A stretch of DNA of 62,733 nucleotides, filler included, from Blastocystis sp. subtype 4 (taxonomy: Eukaryota), in the NCBI RefSeq assembly GCF_000743755.1. It is 25 parts of 25 records of this genome, joined end to end, with 100 filler letters (N's around TTAATTAATTAA, not from the genome) between each part and the next. Parts side by side here need not be neighbours in the genome. Positions count along the whole stretch, not along the records: positions 1 to 3,358 come from NW_014568861.1; positions 3,459 to 6,802 come from NW_014568860.1; positions 6,903 to 9,177 come from NW_014568858.1; positions 9,278 to 11,546 come from NW_014568857.1; positions 11,647 to 13,920 come from NW_014568856.1; positions 14,021 to 16,281 come from NW_014568855.1; 19 more parts are not named here. One strand, 5' to 3'. Numbering within the stretch: position 1 is the first letter of the stretch; each line of letters starts with the position of its first letter. A program made the position numbers and the translations under genes. Below, piece by piece: positions 1 through 16,381 of the stretch. Below the pieces are notes generated by a model that worked only from the letters and a program-made list of their open reading frames with translations, had not been told where the DNA came from and made no database searches.

Positions 1-1188
1 TTTCATGGGATTGTAGAGTATCCAGACATTTGATGAACACATTAATGATAGGATTATTCCTTTCTCTCCTTTCAATAGCAGAATCACTCAATTTCTATCT
101 AAACTGTCTATAAACTCATCTCAAATCACTTACATGGCTATTATATCATTTTTCATCTATTCTCGTGAAATGGCGGGGAAAAAGGCGGGGTATTCATTCT
201 TAACTCATTCTCTCATATGACGAGCATCTATTCAACTTATTTTAGTCAATTCGAATTCAACAATCAAAATATTATCCATCAGAACTCTTTACAAACAGAT
301 CCTCAGAATCCTATTCCTTTCTCGTCAATGAACTCTTCATTTGTTCAATCGGTGAAGTTGGTGACTCCCTATTTTAGTCATTATGCTTCTGATTATCCTG
401 TTTTGGTTCAAAGAATTCCAGAAAGCCCAATAACACGTTTCTGGAATTCCATGAGTGGTCCAACAATTTCTACACATCCAAGGAGTCGAAAGGTTTGTCT
501 GTTGTTATGAGATAAATCTCTAGAGATCACAATCAGGGTTGTCTGTCAAACAGGACACAAATATGAAACAAAGAGTTCATAAGAAACAGAAGAATAAGTA
601 TGTTCTATTGGTCTGTATGAGTTTCAGGTCAACTAGTCATGAAGGAAAGAAACGAATAATCCTTCATTTTCAACCTCGCTCAGATAATTCATCCTCACTA
701 ATGAGAGAATTCAATATTAAATCTCATTTTGAAGTGATTTCTAATCTGGGAGAGTTATACATAGTTAGTTGTGTTTGAAGATCATCATTTATTACGTGTA
801 TTTCATCATTTGAAGAAGAAGTGGAAAGCTATTGTTGACAAGTCGTATGAGTTATGTCTTTATCCAGATCCACAGAATTCGCAGTGTTATTATCAGCACA
901 CTTGCAGAGACTTGTGTATTGGGAATATATACAAAAAGGGATGTGACTTGGTGGTGTTGGAGTATGACTGGGAAAGATATGAATCAACCCAAGAATTGAT
1001 ATCTGACAAAGAACAGATTATTAGTGATGTGGAATGGAACCTCATCAACTCCTCTCAAGAGCTGACAGTAGATTCATTTCTCAGTAATTCTATTCTCTCA
1101 GGTGATACGGAATATGGTTCAGAATCAGATCTATCGTTTCTGAATCTTAGTCTTCCTTCGTTTGATTTGGCTGTTTCTAACAAACACA

Positions 1189-3120
<1,932 letters not shown>

Positions 3121-3358
3121 TTCTTGTTGAGTTAAAGATTGTTTGCCAGTTAAAGATTGTTTGCCCACTTATTCGTGGCAAAAAGGAGCCAATAAAGATA
3201 CCACAAATCCAGATAAATGATCCCTAATTAGCGAGGAAAGATGGTCAGAATTGGGTCTTTTTCATTTCTATGAACGATCATTCTTTGTTTCTTCAGTTTT
3301 CTAGGGTAACTTTCCCACTTCTAGATTTGTATTCATGTAAATGATTGTAGACAGTGTT

Positions 3359-3458
3359 NNNNNNNNNNNNNNNNNNNNNNNNNNNNNNNNNNNNNNNNNN
3401 NNTTAATTAATTAANNNNNNNNNNNNNNNNNNNNNNNNNNNNNNNNNNNNNNNNNNNN
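3359..3458. other. Artificial contig linker (Ns + TTAATTAATTAA + Ns); first of 24 in the window
   Basis: The same ~100-nt six-frame-stop spacer recurs at ~6803, 9178, 11547, 13921, 16282, 18719, 21073, 23436, 25785, 28128, 30530, 32871, 35950, 38315, 41090, 43383, 45617, 47837, 50037, 52236, 54442, 58406 and 60558. Confidence 0.98.
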
Positions 3459-5632
3459 ATAGAATCAACGTAATAACATGATTAGGAGAGTTTGAGAAGA
3501 AAACGAAAGATCCTTATGGAATTGCTTTCTTTGATATTTATCTGATTATTGTAGTGTGAAGATTGAACAATAGAGTGTATCAAAGTCAAATGAGGAATTC
3601 CCGTGGAACTCTTCTTTCTGTGTTATCTTTCCAACTGGACAGCATGGAGACATTTCATTATTTGGATAAGATGTATATATATCAATTAGATAATGGAAAG
3701 AGTAACAAGGAAAATGATTCAAGTTTAAACACAACAAACCTACAAACAAACAAGGCACTTTCAAACAACTATCGATGCATTGCTGGTTCTAATGTCAATT
3801 CGTTTGTTCCATCAGTAGCCGGAGCACTAACCACTAAAATGGTACCGCATTTCATTCGAATCAGTGGAAGAACAGTCGGACTATCTTGATTTCCAAAGTT
3901 CACTGCCATCAAATCACCATAGGAATCTGGTTCTTCGTTATACGGAACAACCTTCACTACACATGGTGCATCTACCATAATAGCATCAATGGTACGAGTC
4001 TGTGGATTTGGTTGAAGATTCTACAGTCAACTCTAAAATCCAAAAATACAGATGATACTTGAATAGACTGCTTAGAGATACCTTGTCCTTGCTGAAAGCT
4101 TCTTGAAAAGAACTTGATTTGGTCTATTGAAAGAGAAATACCCTTATTTGGCATTTTTGATGATAAGGTACAAACATCGACACTCTGGTTCTGTGGGGAC
4201 ACTTTTGTAACAACTGCATTCATAAGTTTATTCTGACACTTATTGAGTTATACATTCCTTACATCATAGACTATTGAAACTAAGTCATTCACTTCTACAG
4301 TAATATTCTGGATTCCAACTACAAATCAGTGGCTTTTGACGCATTCACCTCTTGTGTAGTACTTATCAATTACTTTCACATATTTCCTATATGTTGTTTT
4401 CACAGTTTCTGTGTTATCGATTCGGTAAGTGACAGTATCGCGATCAGGCTGTGTGGACACCACTTGCCCATTTACTAAACTATTCTACAAATAACGATTT
4501 TCAACAAATGCTCACATTGATTCTGACTTGAATTATGTCTCCAAAACTCGGATATGAGTACCCTTGAGGCTCAGCTTCTTTATATTTTAGAACATCATTC
4601 ATAGTATCGTTTTGGAATGAGATAATACGCTTTTACGACCAGAGGATTTCGGCTCCCTATTTCGGACATCGCAATTGTCGCTTTTGTTAATATGAAGTTA
4701 TATCGAGTAGTTTGGGGATTTCTTTTTGCCTATATGGGATATAAGGGTTGAATGCATTGATATGATATCATATATAGCAATAATGAGTGCTCTTGGTTAT
4801 GATACATTCTTTGGAGGAATGGTAGATTCTTCCTACGAGGATGATGATGCTAACAAGAGTATGATATTGAATATTATCTCAGAAGTAGATCAAGATGCTC
4901 GTGTTGCTATCTCAAAGAATAAGAATTCATATCTTGTTCTTATTGGAAACGATATTAACAAGTATTGCTTTCTCTATCAGCCGGAATCGTACAGTTGTCG
5001 TTATGTTATGATTATAGAGTTATCTACTCCTTTGGAGGGGTTCGACGAGCCATTTTTGAACATACATTAATTGGATTACATATTCATCACATTATTGTAG
5101 TTTTTTGTTTATCCTTTCACTTGTAGACAATCGTGAATAGTGATATTATGGCTGGACGAATACATAGTGATATTCAAACAAGAAATGCATCTGATCGGTG
5201 GCATGTTATCCAAATTAATCCCATTCGGAGGTAGCTTATCAATATGATGGTGAACAATAGAAATGCGAATTTCAGAGGTGAAGTTCGGAAACTGCGAGCA
5301 AAAGTGAATGAAATTGTGGCACCAACTCCGATAGTTGCTCCTGCAACTATTATTTTTGATATTGGTGAATACTGTACATTTATACTCTGTTATTGAATAT
5401 AGCTGCCGATTTCTTGAAGGTTTTGATTCAGTCTTATAGGGGTTCGTGTATTCAGTATATCATTTTCAACAAGAAGAAAATCATGACCAATTTAAAAAGC
5501 ATCAACTTGATGATGGAACGTGCAGGATATCAACGTGTTCAGAAAACTCAGTCACAGTATATTGCAACTTTTGTGATCAAATCATCACCTATGTGGAAAT
5601 AATGTAGTATACTCTGTTTCACACAAACATAT

Positions 5633-6802
5633 TCACTTCTTTCCTTTTCCTTTAGCCTTCGCTTTTCGATCTGCTTCTTTCTTCTCTTTTCTTTCCTTCT
5701 TCTCTTGTTTACGTTTCTCTCGTTCTCGATCAATCTCTCGTTTAGTTTCAATCTCATTCTTCCGGGCAGCTTCCAACTTCTCATCCTTCTTCTTTGCCTC
5801 TTCCACTTCCTTCTTTTGCAATTTCTTTTCCATTTGTTTCTGTCTCACATCATCTTGCATCTCTTCCTTTGTCTGTGTATTGTACAAGTATTCTCCCTGA
5901 TACAAACCACTCTCCACAGCTAGCAGTTTCAGACGCATCCGAGGTCCTAATTCACTCAATTTCACTGCTTGTTTCAAGGTTCCAGAAGAGGTTGAGGCCG
6001 TACTTACTCCCGAAGCAGTTGAATCTCCTTCCATAAAGTCATATTCATCGCCATTATCTCCATTCAGAATGAATCTATATCATATTCCACAATCAATCAT
6101 ACTCGCTAATGTCTGTCATCTTGCTCAGATCCGGAATGACCTTTTTCTTCACAATACTGTTGATGGCTTTGCCAACACCTACCAGAGATCGACTGATACT
6201 GTAATGACGAAGAAAGATGCTATTGGAAGCCTATTACTAACTAATCATAGGCAATCCCACCTTATCGTACTGAAGGAGTAAAACACGACGACAGTTCTTC
6301 ACATCGATCTTCTCAGGATCAATCACTGGAAACATATTCTGTATCATTTTCAGGGAAGTTATTAAGTACAAGAATCGGTGAATGGAAGTATGGAGACTAG
6401 ATATCATATTCTTTTCATAATCTAACAATTGTATCGATTCCCTTGGAAGTTGTCTTCAGCAAGTCGCGTGTTAGAGTATACTCTTCAACCTAGTCCTCAA
6501 CCTTCCCTCTAAACCTCACTCTGAAATGCAACGTAGGTCCTTGAGGGAAACAACCAATTCGCATACGAGGAAGCGTCCGCATCTTGGTAAACAGGATAAT
6601 ATGAGTCACTCCATACGGTCCAGCTACGTTAATATAATCTTTGACACTGTTTGTCCTAAATGAGTTATTTCTTGTGTAGTAAAACTACCTCCTTTCCACC
6701 AAATGGGCTGCTGTGTTAGGAGCCATGATAGTTCGGAAGTTTTTGACGAGATCTTGAACCATTAGACCCACTGAACCCTTTCGAGCCACAATACTCTGAG
6801 GA
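5633..6802 (-). CDS. PPAN: Brix-domain ribosome biogenesis protein Ppan/Ssf1 (5' partial)
   Basis: GPYGVTH, PQGPTLHF and AVKLSELGPRMRLKL..VESGL motifs; lysine-rich tail. Confidence 0.88.
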
Positions 6803-6947
6803 NNNNNNNNNNNNNNNNNNNNNNNNNNNNNNNNNNNNNNNNNNNNTTAATTAATTAANNNNNNNNNNNNNNNNNNNNNNNNNNNNNNNNNNNNNNNNNN
6901 NNTGATAACATTAAACTTCCAACGTAGATAGAAGGAATAATGAATGA

Positions 6948-9177
6948 TTGTTAGTTCCATCTAAAGCCATGATTCCTGGTTTAGTTGCTTGTTATTACTC
7001 TGATGTTAATTTTCGTATTCCCTATGATGAAGATTGGTACTATAGCAATATGGGAGAATCCTGTTCCAATTTGAAGACATTGGATCTGGAAGATAAGTAT
7101 GATGTGAAGGAATTGAAACATACATGGCCTGGTCTGGATGATCGAATTGGTAGTTCTTTCTCTGCGAGCATTACTGGATATCTGAATATTGGTCCTTCAG
7201 CTGATTATGTGTTCCATATCACTTGTATGGCATCAGTGATACTGTACTTTGATACAGCAACCACACCACTGATCTATGCCTCTGTAAGTAAAATGAAGAA
7301 TGCAACCATCTATCTCACAACTGGTCGTCATTTGATGCGATTGTATTTCTGTGGTACTCCCCCTGGTCCTCGTCTGTTGGTTCAGTATTCTTCCCCTGAA
7401 GCAGGACTTCCACTAACAACAATTGATGATACTGTGACATTTGTGGGAGGAATGGCTCCTTCACTTCAGGAAAGAGATATCACCACATTCATATCTGGAA
7501 CAATTGAGACCACTCGTCCTTGTATGCGTGGTTCTTACATCACTTCATTCACTGTTTCTCCTCCATTTCCAGTAGGAATCTCTATCAATTCAGTTTCTGG
7601 AGTGATTAGTGGTTCATCTTCCTTGTATTCCTCTGAGGATTATGTGATCACTGCTTCAGGTCCTTTGGGTTCAACAACCACAACCATTCATGTGACTGTG
7701 GGAGTTGTTCCTGTGAGTGGATTGAAAGCGAAGTATTATCGACTTCTTACTGGGATGATTTGTGGAAGGACATATTTTCCTTCTGATTCGTTCATATTGT
7801 TTGCTGATACAGTGGATGCAACAATCTATCATCCAGAATTACCTTCTGGGCATGCTTGGTCACCTATTCCCCATGAATTGTTCTTTGATTATTTCTATGT
7901 GAAATGGAGTGGTTTCATTGAAGTGGACATTTCTGGTGATTATGTGTTTAAGTTGGAGAATCGAGATGGGGCAAGAATGATGGTTATGGGTAATCTACTG
8001 ATCAACAATTGGAATTGTTACAATGAGATGACAGCAAAGGAAGGATCAATAACATTCAATAAGAAAGGATACTATCCAATCCAAGTTGAATTCTTTGCAG
8101 TCTTTGGAATGATGCTGACCTGGAAGAAACCAGGAGATGATTCATTTGTGGCAGTTCCTGAATCGAAATTGAGTCACATTCCTGATGGTTCATTCACATA
8201 TACCACTCAATTCATTCACTATTATCAGAATGTGAAGATCTCTGACAATACTCCAGTATTCATAGGAGTTACTATGTCGAATCCAGTCTTCACTTCAGAT
8301 CCAGTATTACCTTCAGGTCTGACATTACAATCCAATGGAGTCATTTCAGGTACTCCTGTCAATATCACAAGTGAAATGACATATGTGATCACAGCAAGGA
8401 GTGGTGGTCTGTCATTATCAACAAAGATTGTATTTGATGTGTTATATGTTGCCCCTCCTACCAATCTATCCATCAAAGGAGAGAATGGAGAAGAAGTGAA
8501 TGAAGTGATAGTTCAACAGTTTACAGATATGGCTCCTCTCATTCTAGAGTGTGATAATGACTCTGTTACTTGGAGTATCGAACCTGATCTTCCACTTGGT
8601 ATGTCTATTGATCATAAAAACAACAGAATCAAGGGTTGGCCAAAAGCATCTTTGTCTCGTACCCGCTCTACAGTGAGTGTTTCGAATAGTGGAGGTTCTG
8701 TTCAAAAGATTCTGTATGTGACTGTAACAGGATGTGAATATGGTCAATACTTGTACACACCCAGTTAGACATTCTTTGAACAAGTTGTCAATAATACTGA
8801 ATACAGTGCGGTCCTATGTCTCCCTAAGGACACATATAATCTCACTCTGACGTGTTATCTATCACAACAGGTACTATGTTTTCTGAAGGTGAAGATGGAT
8901 TGACCTATTTGAGACTTGCTATTCTTGGACATCGTACAGAGATAGCAGTACTATCTACCAATGTAATAACGAAACCAACAATCAAAGTTGCATCTTCGAA
9001 GAGTTTACGAGTACGTGAACACTTCTCCTTATTGGAGTTGAAGGAGTGTATTCTCCTATCATGATTCAACCTTCTCTTCCTTCAGGAGTAACACTCTCTG
9101 ATAACGTGTTATCAGGAGCATTCATGGATCAAGGAACCTTCATTTTCACAATATCAACATCGAATGAGGCAGGTAAG
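6948..9177 (+). CDS. Large surface-type protein with two PA14-like domains and Ig-like (He_PIG-type) repeats; frame breaks after 8768
   Basis: GLVACYY/GLKAKYY..WSGFIEV..SGDYVFKL..DGA PA14-like signatures; P.LP.GL....GVISGTP repeats. Confidence 0.65.
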
Positions 9178-9277
9178 NNNNNNNNNNNNNNNNNNNNNNN
9201 NNNNNNNNNNNNNNNNNNNNNTTAATTAATTAANNNNNNNNNNNNNNNNNNNNNNNNNNNNNNNNNNNNNNNNNNNN

Positions 9278-9342
9278 CTAAGGGAAATGGCATCAAGCTG
9301 ACCATCATCGAGGAGAAGAAGGCCAGAGAACACAGAGCTTAA
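9278..9342 (+). CDS. RPS4: 40S ribosomal protein S4 (eS4), C-terminal fragment
   Basis: KGNGIKLTIIEEKKAREHRA* resembles the eS4 C-terminus (KGKGIKLSIAEERD). Confidence 0.75.
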
Positions 9343-9477
9343 GTGACGAAGGAATGGGTTGTCTAAAGAGCATTTTTCAGATGTTTTCTTTTCAATATTA
9401 GCAACAACTAATACTAACAAAATACAGCCTATTTTTGTACACCAACTGATTCTATCACATTCATTATTTCTGTTGTC

Positions 9478-11435
9478 ATGGAACACACTGAGAGCTTAAG
9501 AAAGCAGGTAGAGGAGCAGGGAAACGTTGTTAGAGAATTGAAGGCCCAGAAAGCCCCAAAAGAGGAGATCTCAACTGCCCTGAACAAATTATTCTCTCTG
9601 AAGACTGAACTGAAGGAAGCAGAGCAAATGGAAATTGGTAATCTCCTTGAAGAGATTCAGAAACTGAAGTTGGAGAATGGAGACGAAACTCTTATTAAAG
9701 AAAAGGAGGAACGTGTTTCACAGCTCCAAAAACTCGTTGAGCCCGAACCTGAAAAGAAACCAAAGGAGAAGAAGGTATTGGAACAATGAAGTGGCTTAGA
9801 TGTAGGAGGCTGGACCTTCAAAGAAGGAGTTGCGAAAAATGAAGAGAGCAGAAGAGCAGAATCGTTCTGAGTCCGCTATTGTTCCTGCCAATGAGCAGTA
9901 TGGTGATCTGCCCCTTATTCAGTCGGCAGAGACCACAGACAAAAAGTGGACAAGTCTTCACGACATTGAGAAGCATATTGGCGAAGAAGTCCTCATTCGA
10001 GGTCGTGCTTTCAATGTGAACCACAAGGGAAAATGCTGTTTTATTATCCTTCGTCAACACGTTGATTCTGTTCAGTGCTGTTTGTTCCAGGGTGCTACTG
10101 TTCCCAAACCCATGGTGAATTATGCCGGAAAGATCCCAAAGGAGAGTATCATCGATGTGGTCGGTACTGTCCAGAAGGTCGAGACTCCGATCGAGTCGGC
10201 TACCTTCAAGCATGTTGAGATCTCTGTCTCCAAGATCTTTGTTGTCTCGCGTGTTAAGGTGGAGCTTCCTTTCCAGCTGGACTCGGCTATGCGTACTGAT
10301 GAGGAAATCGCTGCAAACGATGCTCTTGCTGAAGAAGATCGCAAATTCATCACTGTGAATGCTGATACACGTTTGGACAACCGTTGGATCGATCTCCGTA
10401 CCCCAGCCAATCAGGCCATTATTCGTCTCAGTTCCGCAGTAGGACTTCTCTTCCGTGAGTATTTGATTAACCGTGATTTTGTGGAGATTCACACTCCCAA
10501 GATTATTCCTGGTGCTTCGGAAGGAGGTTCAAATGTTTTCAAACTGGACTATTTCGGTAACCAAGCATGTCTTGCCCAGTCACCACAATTCTACAAGCAA
10601 ATGAGTACTGCTTGTGCTGATTTCGAACGTGTCTTTGAGGTGGGTCCTGTATTCCGAGCTGAGAACAGTAATACTCATCGCCATTTGTGTGAGTTTACTG
10701 GTCTGGATATGGAGATGACGATCAAGGAGAATTATCATGAAGCGCTTGATCTAATTGCTGACATGTTTGTGTATATCTTTGATGGATTGAATGCTCGTTT
10801 CCAGAAGGAATTGGAGGCTGTGAATGTGATCATGAAAACACATATTGATATGTAGGTACAGCATCCTTTCACTCCTCTGGTGTATCCCAAGAAGACTTTA
10901 ATTCTTCCTTTCGTTGATGCTATGCATCTGTTGATTGACGCCGGATTTGATGTTGATCCCATGGGTGATATGAGGTAAGATTGATAATAGAGTGTGAGAA
11001 TAGTACTCCTATGGAGAAGCAGTTGGGTCGTCTCGTGAAGGAGAAATACAATACTGATTTCTATATTCTTGATAAGTTCCCATTGGCTATTCGTCCCTTC
11101 TACACAATGCCTGATCCTCATAATCCTGTAATATATGTATCGATGGTGTAATTGGTTAGAAGCTTTCCAATTCGTTTGATATCTTCATTCGTGGTGAGGA
11201 AGTTGTGTCTGGAGCTCAACGTATTCATGATCCTGAGCTTTTAGCTGAGCGTGCGAAGGCTCATGGTGTGTCGTTGGACTCGCTGAAGGGATATTTGCAA
11301 TCCTTCTCTCATGGTGCTTATCCTCATGCTGGATGTGGAGTGGGTCTGGAACGTGTTGTAATGTTGTTCCTTGGCTTACCGAACATTCGTTATGTAAGTA
11401 TGTTCCCTAGAGATCCAAAGAGATGTTCTCCTTAA
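9478..11435 (+). CDS. DARS1: Cytosolic aspartyl-tRNA synthetase with N-terminal WHEP-like extension
   Basis: [45 protein letters not shown] and [13 protein letters not shown] motifs; canonical short introns. Confidence 0.97.
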
Positions 11436-11646
11436 ATGTACATTGTTTGTTTTTGAGATATTGATTGTTCTCAACAAACAGACAACAACATAACTGACAA
11501 ATCCAGATCTCGAAGATTATCCACATATTCTGATTGTTTGAAGATGNNNNNNNNNNNNNNNNNNNNNNNNNNNNNNNNNNNNNNNNNNNNTTAATTAATT
11601 AANNNNNNNNNNNNNNNNNNNNNNNNNNNNNNNNNNNNNNNNNNNN

Positions 11647-13920
11647 TGTTTGAATCAAAGATGAGAGATTCGACATTGAGAGGAATTGAATCCCAATCTG
11701 AAGATGCTATGAACTCAGATGAAGGAATGAATACACAATGATCCATCTTGACTTCACCCAACACACCATTCGAACACTCACAATATGAATATCCACTGTA
11801 ACCCTCAGGACAAGAAGAAGGAGAGATTTGACCTTCATTCACTGAAGGATAGTTGTCAATTGAAGGACACACAGATCCTGTTGGCTTACAATAGGCCATA
11901 TGAACAGAACTCAGAATTGTTGTCCATGAAGCAGTATTGGTGACTTGCCACCGATATCTACGGAATCCAGCCAGAGCCACAGGAACAGGAATCTGAGGCT
12001 TTGTTCGAGAAGTCACAGTCTGATCAATCGCATTCAGAATAGTTGTGGTTTCGGCCTGTTCATCATCAGGATTGGAATAACCATAGATATCAAAGCCCAA
12101 AGAAGAAACTGTATATGAACCTAGAATATTAAATGAATTCCATTTGCTTCCTTCCAGATTCTCAACAGTCCATTCAATATAGGTTCCAATCGTATTAGGA
12201 AGTCTACCTGTAGTGAAAGGATCAAGATCCATGATTCCAGCAAGAGCTGTGTGAGACAACCTATTTGAAGTGATAGAAGAATAAGAATCAACAACAGTAG
12301 AACAATCTTAAACTCCAAATACTCCAGTAGCATCAAATACAACAGCATCAGAAGAAGAACCACTCAAACCACCATGAATCTCGAAACTGAATACATTAGT
12401 ACCTTCCTGAATTCCAGATGTTGACAGAATCACATGGAACTTCGAGAACACACTAGAATCATGATCAGTGATTGATAGACTCAAAGAATCGAAATCATCT
12501 TCAAGATTGAATCGAGCAACCAGATTTCCATTCAGATAGGCAGCCACTCCTCCAGAATACTTCACTCGAACATTCAACACTTCATAATCATTCACTCCAC
12601 TCATTATGAAACTCTTTCTGATATATGTTGTGATTGAAGAAGTGGAAGGAATATCAACAGCCTTGTATGTGTTCCAAGTGGAATCATCGAAACTGACAGT
12701 ATTCCAATCACTTGACACTCTGTATCACCTTCCAATCTGTGTATTCAATCTGGAAAGGGAAATATGTTGAGAACACAGTTGTCACAGTAGAGGGCTTAGT
12801 ATCTGAACTATCCAGTTCTTGTATATCCAACTCCATCTCTCCATAATCAACAGTCAGAGTATAACCACTTCCTGTCTGCCATCCATCTCCATATGAATCA
12901 GCTCCTTCAAATGTGTATATTCCATTATTCAAACAGAAATCAACATAGTAATAAGAATAAGATACAGGGAATTGTTCTACATATCTCAACACAGTTCCTG
13001 ATGTTCCTCTTCCCTGATACAGCTTCCATGAATTCTGAGTGGCATAAGAATCGGCTCTGATACGAACAGTAATTCTTCTGCCTCTGACACACATAACCTG
13101 TTCAAAAGAGAATGATACACTCACATCTCCTCCACTAATCTTAGTAGCAGTGATGGTGTAGATTTGACTACCATTCCCAGTATTCGGAGTACCTGAAATC
13201 CAACCAGTGTGAGGATCCAACATAATACCAGCAGGAAAAACAGGAGAGACTCTGAAGTCGAAATAGCCATCACCATTCTGAAGTACCACTTCAGCCATTT
13301 CAATATCCCTGTACATAGTGATTGAAGAATCATAAGTGAAGTTAGGTATATCAGCCAACACATTATCAGCAAACAGATCCAGAGACTGAACTCTCCAATC
13401 ACAAGAAGAAGGATTACCAGTACCAAAGTTCTCAAACTTGAATTGAATAAGGAGTATTGTTAGCCAGATAGATTCTTCTCTTCTGACCAGCTGTTGAATA
13501 TGTAAGACCAGTGACTTCCTTCAGAAGTGTCCATTCATCTGTATCTGAGTTACGACCATACAGATTGAATTGTGTTGCTACCTGATTTCTGTATGAATAA
13601 TAATAATAGTTCTGAATCTGAACAGAACTGATCCATTCACGACGATTGTTTGATAGAGTCACAGTCAGAGAATTGACAATACAGGAATAGGAATAGATGT
13701 AAATGTAAGAGGAATAATCCATATCGAATGGATTGGTTGCAGTTCCAGTAATTCCAGACATAGTTGAAGTGTATTCCCAGATATGAGATTCAGATTGTTC
13801 TGATGACATCAAACGAACAATTGCATCGAAATAGGATGTGGTGTAACTGTCAGCAATAGCAACAATAGCAATAGCAATCGTGTTACTTCCAGATTGAAGG
13901 AATGTCACTGGAGTGGTTAC
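11647..13920 (-). pseudogene. Surface-protein family member (Ig-like + carbohydrate-binding-like + LRR start), frameshifted; paralogue of 16382-18718
   Basis: Four successive ORFs in different frames align collinearly with the 16466 ORF; frameshifts may be assembly errors. Confidence 0.7.
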
Positions 13921-14020
13921 NNNNNNNNNNNNNNNNNNNNNNNNNNNNNNNNNNNNNNNNNNNNTTAATTAATTAANNNNNNNNNNNNNNNNNNNNNNNN
14001 NNNNNNNNNNNNNNNNNNNN

Positions 14021-15780
14021 TGTCTGAATCATGTGAGGAGTGTGTTGACAGAAGGTCTGATTCATCTGGAATCATTGATTGTGGGAGAGAGAAGTCTGAT
14101 GAATGCAGGAGAGATTGAAGTGAGTAATACTACTGCAATCAGTTGGACATATTTGATAACTAGTCACTCCAGCTTAATGGAAGCTCCACAATGGACAAGT
14201 AAGTTGATAATTGGTGATAATTGTTGTAATGAAGTCAATTTCACTTCTCTGGATCTGAGTCGATTTGTTCATTTGAAGTCATTGGTGATTGGAGAGAACT
14301 CTCTGAATGAGATTGTGAATGTCACAGAAGCACGACCTGAATTGTTGAATGAAGTGATTATTGGTGAGAATAGTCTGAGGAGTCATTCGTGAGGAATTGA
14401 GTGTTGATTGATGACTAGATACACAGTGAATAATCGCAATACCTTGTTGAGTATTCCTTGGTATGTAACTGCACTGACCGTTGTTAGCAACTCTTGTAAT
14501 GAGGTTGTCATCAATGAGTGTACATTGAGTCGTTACAAGCTGCTTCGAAGTGTTGTGATTGGCAGTAATTGTTTCAAGTATGTTCCTGAATTGGTTATCG
14601 ATGGATTGAATTGGCTTGAATCAATCACGATTGGGTCTTCTAGTTTCTGTTTCTCCTGTAATGGAATTGCTGAGAATCAATATCGAAACTTCCATTTGAA
14701 GAATTGTTTATCATTACGAGAATTATCAATTGATCGATATTCATTCTCAGATTATCACATATTTGAATTGAATCATCTTCCTAATTTGAATCGATTGTGA
14801 TTGGTTCTTCTTCAGATTCAATGAACTTCTACTTTGTTGAATCAATTGAATTGAATGATCTTCCTTCTCTTGAATATGTGTATTTTGGAAGCCGTTCATT
14901 CTATTCTATTCATGATATTGTACTATCTAGTATGATTTGATATTGACATCGATTCTATTCTAGATCTTCCTAAACTGGAATCAATAATTATTTGGAACCA
15001 TGCTTTAAAAGGAGATAATAGGAATAATCGATATATTTCGAGTTGGAGACCTTATGGATACTTCAATTCTCTAACAATGAAGAGTACTAATGACTATGAT
15101 TAATTGACAATGAGATCTTCCTTCTCTGAATGAATTCAAAGGATATGGAGACTGTTTCTACGACTTTGGAAATGTGACATTATCAAGTAGCTTATGGATG
15201 ATGAGTTCATAGTAGACGTTCATACTGCTGCTACATTGTCATTTGATTCTTCGTATTCTTTCCGTGATGTCACTACTGTGACCTCAACAAGTGATAGAAT
15301 AGTGTATGATTAAGATTAGATGCTAATCAACTCTATTCATTCATTACCAATCGGAATTACTATGGAAGCCTGAGCTATACGGTATACACTATTGACATCC
15401 ATTGTAGTAGTTGCAGTTATCAGTCGATCTATTTTGTTCTTGGAAGTACTACACTGTTTAGTAGAAATTACATTTCTCCAGGAAAGTATACCTTTCTCTT
15501 TCCAAAGTCCAATATTCAAGTTAGGTTATATCATGATAATAATGCGTATAAATAATGTGTATTGTACTATATTAGTGTTTGGCCTTCGGATTCTTTTGTA
15601 AACATTCTTGATGGGGAAAGAGTTCTGCAAACGTTTAGAAAGATATCATCAGGTTACTATCAAGACATTACTTGGGATAATCGTTGATAGATTATCAATC
15701 TACTTCTTGTTATTGTTTATGTCGACATTTATTCCTGTTTGTGTTAACCAGACAATGAGAGATAAACACATGATTCAATA
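14021..15780 (+). CDS. Leucine-rich-repeat (BspA-like) surface-family protein, partial, disrupted
   Basis: L..L.IG.N(S/C)F repeats and DLP.L motifs separated by ~30-nt introns. Confidence 0.6.
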
Positions 15781-15880
15781 ATCGTAGGTCCAATGTTCTC
15801 ATTCCATTGTTATTGTCCAGACGATAGTCAGATAGTAAGGACTAAGGTGATATCAGTATGTCCATCCATAGCAAGACACT

Positions 15881-16281
15881 GTTGATGTAGATGTCTGAAG
15901 CGATTGATACTACTTCACCATGACCATCACACACATCAAACTGAACCGAACGCAAATCACTCATACGAACTCCTAGCATGTTCAAATGACTAAACGAACA
16001 CACATTGTTCAATCCCATTGTTGAATAGATCATACAATCCACTAATGGACTTGTTTCAAATGATATCATCTGCTTTACCAGATTACTGTAGATTCGAATA
16101 CAATTCAATCCATTTGATACATCCATTGGTTCTTTTCCTTTCACACCATTTGCTTGAATCTCATCAAATCCCAATATTCGATGCAAATCAGGTGCTTGTT
16201 GAAACACTAGATCATAAGCAGGACCAGAAGGATGTGGATATCCATCTTCTGTGAATGTGAGATATGAACCAAACATCTCTT
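15881..16281 (-). mobile_element. Penton (minor capsid)-like gene, partial copy
   Basis: Near-identical to 53120-53521; cut by the contig end at 5' and joined to unrelated DNA a few codons before the stop. Confidence 0.7.
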
Positions 16282-16381
16282 NNNNNNNNNNNNNNNNNNN
16301 NNNNNNNNNNNNNNNNNNNNNNNNNTTAATTAATTAANNNNNNNNNNNNNNNNNNNNNNNNNNNNNNNNNNNNNNNNNNNN

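Noticed and set aside
3132..3167. 18-nt tandem repeat just upstream of the CTP synthase ATG
   Set aside because: Only two copies with no supporting context; a local duplication or assembly slip.
3359..3458. Regularly spaced TTAATTAATTAA palindromes as a biological repeat or CRISPR-like array
   Set aside because: Always embedded in N runs; a standard contig-joining spacer.
4604..4641. GTATCGTTT...CTTTTAC..AG as a second minor intron
   Set aside because: The donor is imperfect and I could not establish the flanking reading frame.
9818..10492. Long antisense ORFs over AspRS, ClpB and the dehydrogenase
   Set aside because: Shadow ORFs arising from the codon bias of the real genes.
11647..13920. 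Multiple frameshifts as programmed frameshifting
   Set aside because: Small indels relative to the intact paralogue; pseudogenisation or misassembly suffices.
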